A stretch of DNA of 64,000 bases from Blepharisma stoltei ATCC 30299 (lineage: Eukaryota > Protista > Ciliophora). The number at the start of each line of letters is the position of its first letter. Within the stretch, counting starts at the first letter, position 1. This document shows, piece by piece, positions 59,814-64,000 of the stretch. The notes under the pieces were generated by a model. That model did not search any database and had not been told where the DNA came from. It was given only the letters and a program-made list of their open reading frames with translations. Location of the stretch: assembly GCA_965603825.1 (NCBI GenBank), contig CBFDEM010000011.1, positions 1 through 64,000 of the forward strand, in the 5' to 3' direction. The position numbers and the translations under genes were made by a program.

Positions 59814-60731
59814 ATGAACATACTTATGATCAGTGAAGATTCGAAAATGATTGTTAGCCCTGTACTTATGATCTTAAGAATTCTACTGGAGCCTACACTT
59901 CTTTACTTATTTTCTTCACAAAATCAGCATCAAATTCCTATAGAGTTTCAATTTACTTTCCGATCTTTATTGTATGCAACTGAATTTCTCAATATTTTTG
60001 ATAGATTTAGCCACAAAGCTGTGAATTTCAATATAACTCAAAAATGCCCACTCCTTCTTAGCATATACATTCTGATTTGGGTTATTTTTTATCAAATCCT
60101 GATTAAAGAAATCTTCATTTGCAACACACTTCTACCTTTTCATTTACTACTTTGACTTTACATAATCTTTTTGCTTTCAATAGTAAGTTACTTTCTAAAA
60201 GCAGTTTTTGAGACCGAAAAATTTTCCTTTCATCTTTATGCTATTCTTTTGCTGATACTCATTATAACTGAAGTTTATTCCATTGCGTGTTGGATTTTTC
60301 ATGGTTTTATTTCACTTATATTTTTATATGGAATTTGAAGTGTAATTATTACAGGCGCTGGAGGTATTGGAGCAAATATTGCAAAAATATTTTTGGCTCA
60401 AGTTTCAAGTGTCCATGATTTTATAAAATTTTCAAAAAATTTTCTTGATGACTGACTGGCTTCTGATATAAAAGGTCTTGCAAAATTATTAGGTCGATCA
60501 TTTCTATTTTTAGCTAAATTTTATTGAACATGTTTGGGATTTTATGACAAATCACTTTTGAAGAATAATCCACCCTTTATAGAATTTGGCTTGGATATGC
60601 TTTCCTTTCCGCTGGGCTACTTATTGCTGGTAAGAAGTGGATTTTCGCACAGTAAATATAACGATTATGTGGGCCTGAATATTTTTGCTATGTTTTTTAT
60701 GTCTGAGATGATTTTTCATGTATTATTATAA
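59814..60731 (+). CDS. Tandem multi-pass membrane family, divergent copy E, 305 aa
   Basis: Retains LRILLEP, LYATEFLN.FDR, FSFH.YA, HDFIK and WLASD.KGLA. Confidence 0.78.
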
Positions 60732-60901
60732 ATTAAGCCTATTTTGGCAGCCCCATCTCAGACTTTTATTTAATTGTATGATAATATACTTGCTGAGCCT
60801 ACAGAATTAATAAATAAGTATATTTTTAAACTTATGTATTAAATTAACTGAAACTTACATCAAATTAAATGATTTGATAAATAAATTCCCATTTTATAAA
60901 A

Positions 60902-61486
60902 ATGATAAAGCTTCTTTTGCTAACTCTCACAACACTCTGCCTCAGCCAAGAAATCTCCTCACTAATTTCTCAGCACACTGAGCTTGAAAAGAAACTCCAT
61001 GAAATCGAGGACATTCTTCACAAAGTTAATGAGCTTACTTCAGAAACCTATCTAAAATCACTTAATATACAAGTAAACAAGCTTAAAGACGACATGCTAA
61101 GAACAGACCAATCCTTAAGTGTTTTAGAAAAAACCACAGAAGAAATGACAAAAGGTCATAAAGAGTTTAATAAAACCTATGCAAATGAAATGATGCTTTC
61201 TTTAGGAAAACTTGAAGAAAGAATTGAAAAAGTTGACAATAGGATTAAAACTCTGGATTTTCAGAAAATCATTGAAAAAATTGAAATTGGGCTGAACGGG
61301 CTTGCAACACAGGACAATCAAGTGAAAAACTCAATCCTTAAGGTAAAAGAGCAGACTGAATATTTAGAAGTGATTTTAGCAAGGGAGTCAAATTTTATAT
61401 GGGTTTACATATTAATGGGATTTATTAGCCTTATTTCAATTTTAAGCTGGTTTTTGATACATAAAGCTGAAGAAAAAGAAATTTAA
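60902..61486 (+). CDS. Signal peptide + coiled-coil + C-terminal TM protein
   Basis: Heptad-rich body, hydrophobic ends. Confidence 0.75.
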   Translation: MIKLLLLTLTTLCLSQEISSLISQHTELEKKLHEIEDILHKVNELTSETYLKSLNIQVNKLKDDMLRTDQSLSVLEKTTEEMTKGHKEFNKTYANEMMLSLGKLEERIEKVDNRIKTLDFQKIIEKIEIGLNGLATQDNQVKNSILKVKEQTEYLEVILARESNFIWVYILMGFISLISILSWFLIHKAEEKEI

Positions 61487-61509
61487 TAAATTATCGTTTG
61501 AATATAAAT

Positions 61510-64000
61510 TTATGAGTTTATATCATGACTCAATAATATATTTTTTGAATTTATTTGACTTCCAGCACTCTCATCATATACTTCATAAGCATGAGAGTGC
61601 TTTTTAATGACCTCTTCTAGCATTACTTGCTTTGTCAATGCAAATTTAAAGAGAGTGTTAATATTAACCCCCTTTGGAGAATAAAGCAAGCTTGGGTATT
61701 TTTTGTGTTGGATAACCCAAGCAATAGCTATAAGAATTATCCACCCACCAAATTGCATTGATATCCAAAAAGAAAAATTATGATAAGTGACTGCATAATA
61801 GATTGATGATAGCATTAAGCTTCATGCTAAACAAAGCAAAGAAATTCTTGTCCATAGGTTGCATCTATGGTAATTATAAGGTTTGTAAAAAATTGTATAA
61901 GCAATAAAAACCAATGTGACAACAAAATAAACTAGGCCCTCTAAAGATTGATTATAGTGCTTTAGAGTCTTATTCAAAGCGACTGAAAATATTTGAAAAA
62001 TACTTTTCGATATCAAGAACTGAGGACTTAAATAAATATTTGCATTGGAGTTAATGCTTTGCCAAATAGGTCTTCACATTATAGATAATGGTAAATAAAT
62101 AAGCAGAGTCAATGATGATAAAATCGCGAAAAAAATGTGCTCATCTTTATAGCAAAATACAGAGCAGTCATGATTCATAAAACTTTCGTCTATCTTATTT
62201 CCAATTCCTTTTTCGCATTGAAAAATTGTTAAAAGAATATGGGTTATAGGTATTAAGCCTATGTTTCCTATTATTGGTGTTATAAATTTCCCAAAAACTC
62301 CTATACTATCTAGTAAATATCAGGCCCCATTGCTAAATATTGCAAAAAATCAATAAAAATCATAGACATGGCTAAATAGTCGTTGGCTTTTACTTCGCAT
62401 CGTTCCGTTATCATAAAAATCTGTGATTTTCAGTAAATTTTAACTAAAATTACAGCCGATAAAAATACAACTATTATTGTGATACCAAATACAAGTCCAT
62501 AATATAAACCAGAGCCAGCATCTGAATCTCTTATTAACCGGAGATTAAATGGGCAATTATCAGGATTCAGTCTTTTCTCGCCTGGAACATTTGTGGTATT
62601 ATCTGGCCAAATGATGTTTCTTGTGAATGAAAATGGCGGATTGCTTCCTATGCTATAAGTGCCTACTGGATAATTTACATAATATCCAAGAGTTTCATTG
62701 TAAATTTCATTCATAATACTTATTATAGCTGTGCTTTTTTCATTAGAATTGCTTGAGATTTGCACAGTCCCTGAACACCCAATAAATTTCACTTTTCTTA
62801 TTCCTTCATTCAATAGTTCTGGATCTTCATAATCGCCTCCAGCATCAATTAAATATTTTATTCCATGAATTCCGAGCATCATAGCATCAAAAGATGGGCA
62901 TGTTCCATAATATAAATAAAACCCATAAAATTTATTACCTAAAGCTATCAGTGATGCCCCATAACTTCCTAGCCATTCTGATTGCCACAACACCAATGAC
63001 CCAAATAAAAGCTCTTTTACCTTTGTTTTTGTGTCAGCAGTAATTGCTTGAGAATTTTCAAAATATCCTGCAATAGGGAGATATAGCAAAAAAATCATAT
63101 CGTTTCTTCTGATCCCTTCATCATATAGCTGCCCAAAAAGGTTGAACATCGGGGTAGGCTCTAGTAAAGGAACCACAATTTTGCATTGGGTGGCAATAGC
63201 ATTTTTCATATAATTTGAATAATTTCCATAAAGCTGTGGACTATATAAAGGATTAAGCATTCTTTTGTCCTCATCATTAACTATTTTTATTCCTAGAGTT
63301 TTAGCGACATTGTAAAAGTTCTTATACATATCCAGCCCAAAAGTTGAATTTTCATAAAAGACTACTGCGCATTTTCAGCTAAAAATACTCATAAGATAAG
63401 CAAGCATATTTGAATGAAATGCAAAACTTTTCATAATCCTAACGAATTCAGGATATGCTGTTTTATTTGTAAATAGTTCGCTAGTGCATTCATCTGAAAT
63501 TAAAGGGATTTTTATCCCCAGGTCTCTAAAATCTTTTATAGTCCCATAACAAACGTTATCATTATAAGATGGCAAAAAAGCAACACCCAAGCTGTCTTTG
63601 TGGCTTAATAAACAGTTATATGAAAATGGACGATAGTAAAAATCAGCACTGCAGTCTGTTGGATACAATTTTAAGCTGAAATTTTCTAAAATGTGTATGT
63701 ATTCGGCGTATTTTAGAGCAAATGAAGAGCCAAGCTTTAGATGACTATTAGAGCCGAGCTTGAGACCATTGAAATTTGAATCCCCTGAGGCAACTGATAT
63801 AATGATTGGTGGTTTTTGAGAACTTGGAGCAATTGTTGTGTTTCCAGGGTATATAATAGTATCAGAAATATTCACTATATTATTTTCTATATATCCTACT
63901 ATTTTTTTTGAGCTTCCTTGTACGTTTACTATTGAAAATAGATTTAAAGGCTGATGATTAATTGTCGACTTTTGAAAAAGAGCTTTTACAGCATAAATTG
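61510..64000 (-). CDS. Venus-flytrap (ANF-receptor-like) ectodomain multi-pass receptor; 5' end beyond window; frameshift near 62315
   Basis: IPLIS......FTNK..YPEFVRI, KF.GCSG.V.I, I.WP....VP motifs followed by TM helices; frame change after QYLAMGPD. Confidence 0.7.

Overview
Left end of a somatic (macronuclear) chromosome of a heterotrich ciliate, almost certainly Blepharisma. The evidence is about 83 copies of the CCCTAACA telomere repeat, UGA read as Trp (the supplied ORF track is fragmented at every TGA), 15-16 nt GT..AG introns and very short intergenic gaps. The most striking structure is a non-LTR retrotransposon ORF (APE endonuclease, reverse transcriptase, CCHC knuckle; about 1,094 codons, minus strand, uninterrupted when UGA=Trp) fused directly to the telomere. 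It has no stop codon or 3' UTR of its own and ends at a TAG inside the telomeric repeat array. It is followed by a short decayed subtelomeric zone and then a gene-dense region. That region includes a GT91/Bmt-like protein, an acid lipase, two truncated globins near the variant-code eRF1, a cyclin, a TauE-type transporter, exportin-1, two apparently catalytically dead S28 peptidases, Hsp110, a hybrid histidine kinase, a mitochondrial carrier, two UGGT paralogues, a TLDc protein, a TatB-like ORF, acyl-CoA oxidase head-to-head with TMEM256, GPHR, a five-member tandem family of unknown multi-pass membrane proteins, and a frameshifted Venus-flytrap-type receptor gene. All translations were done by hand; no database searches were run.
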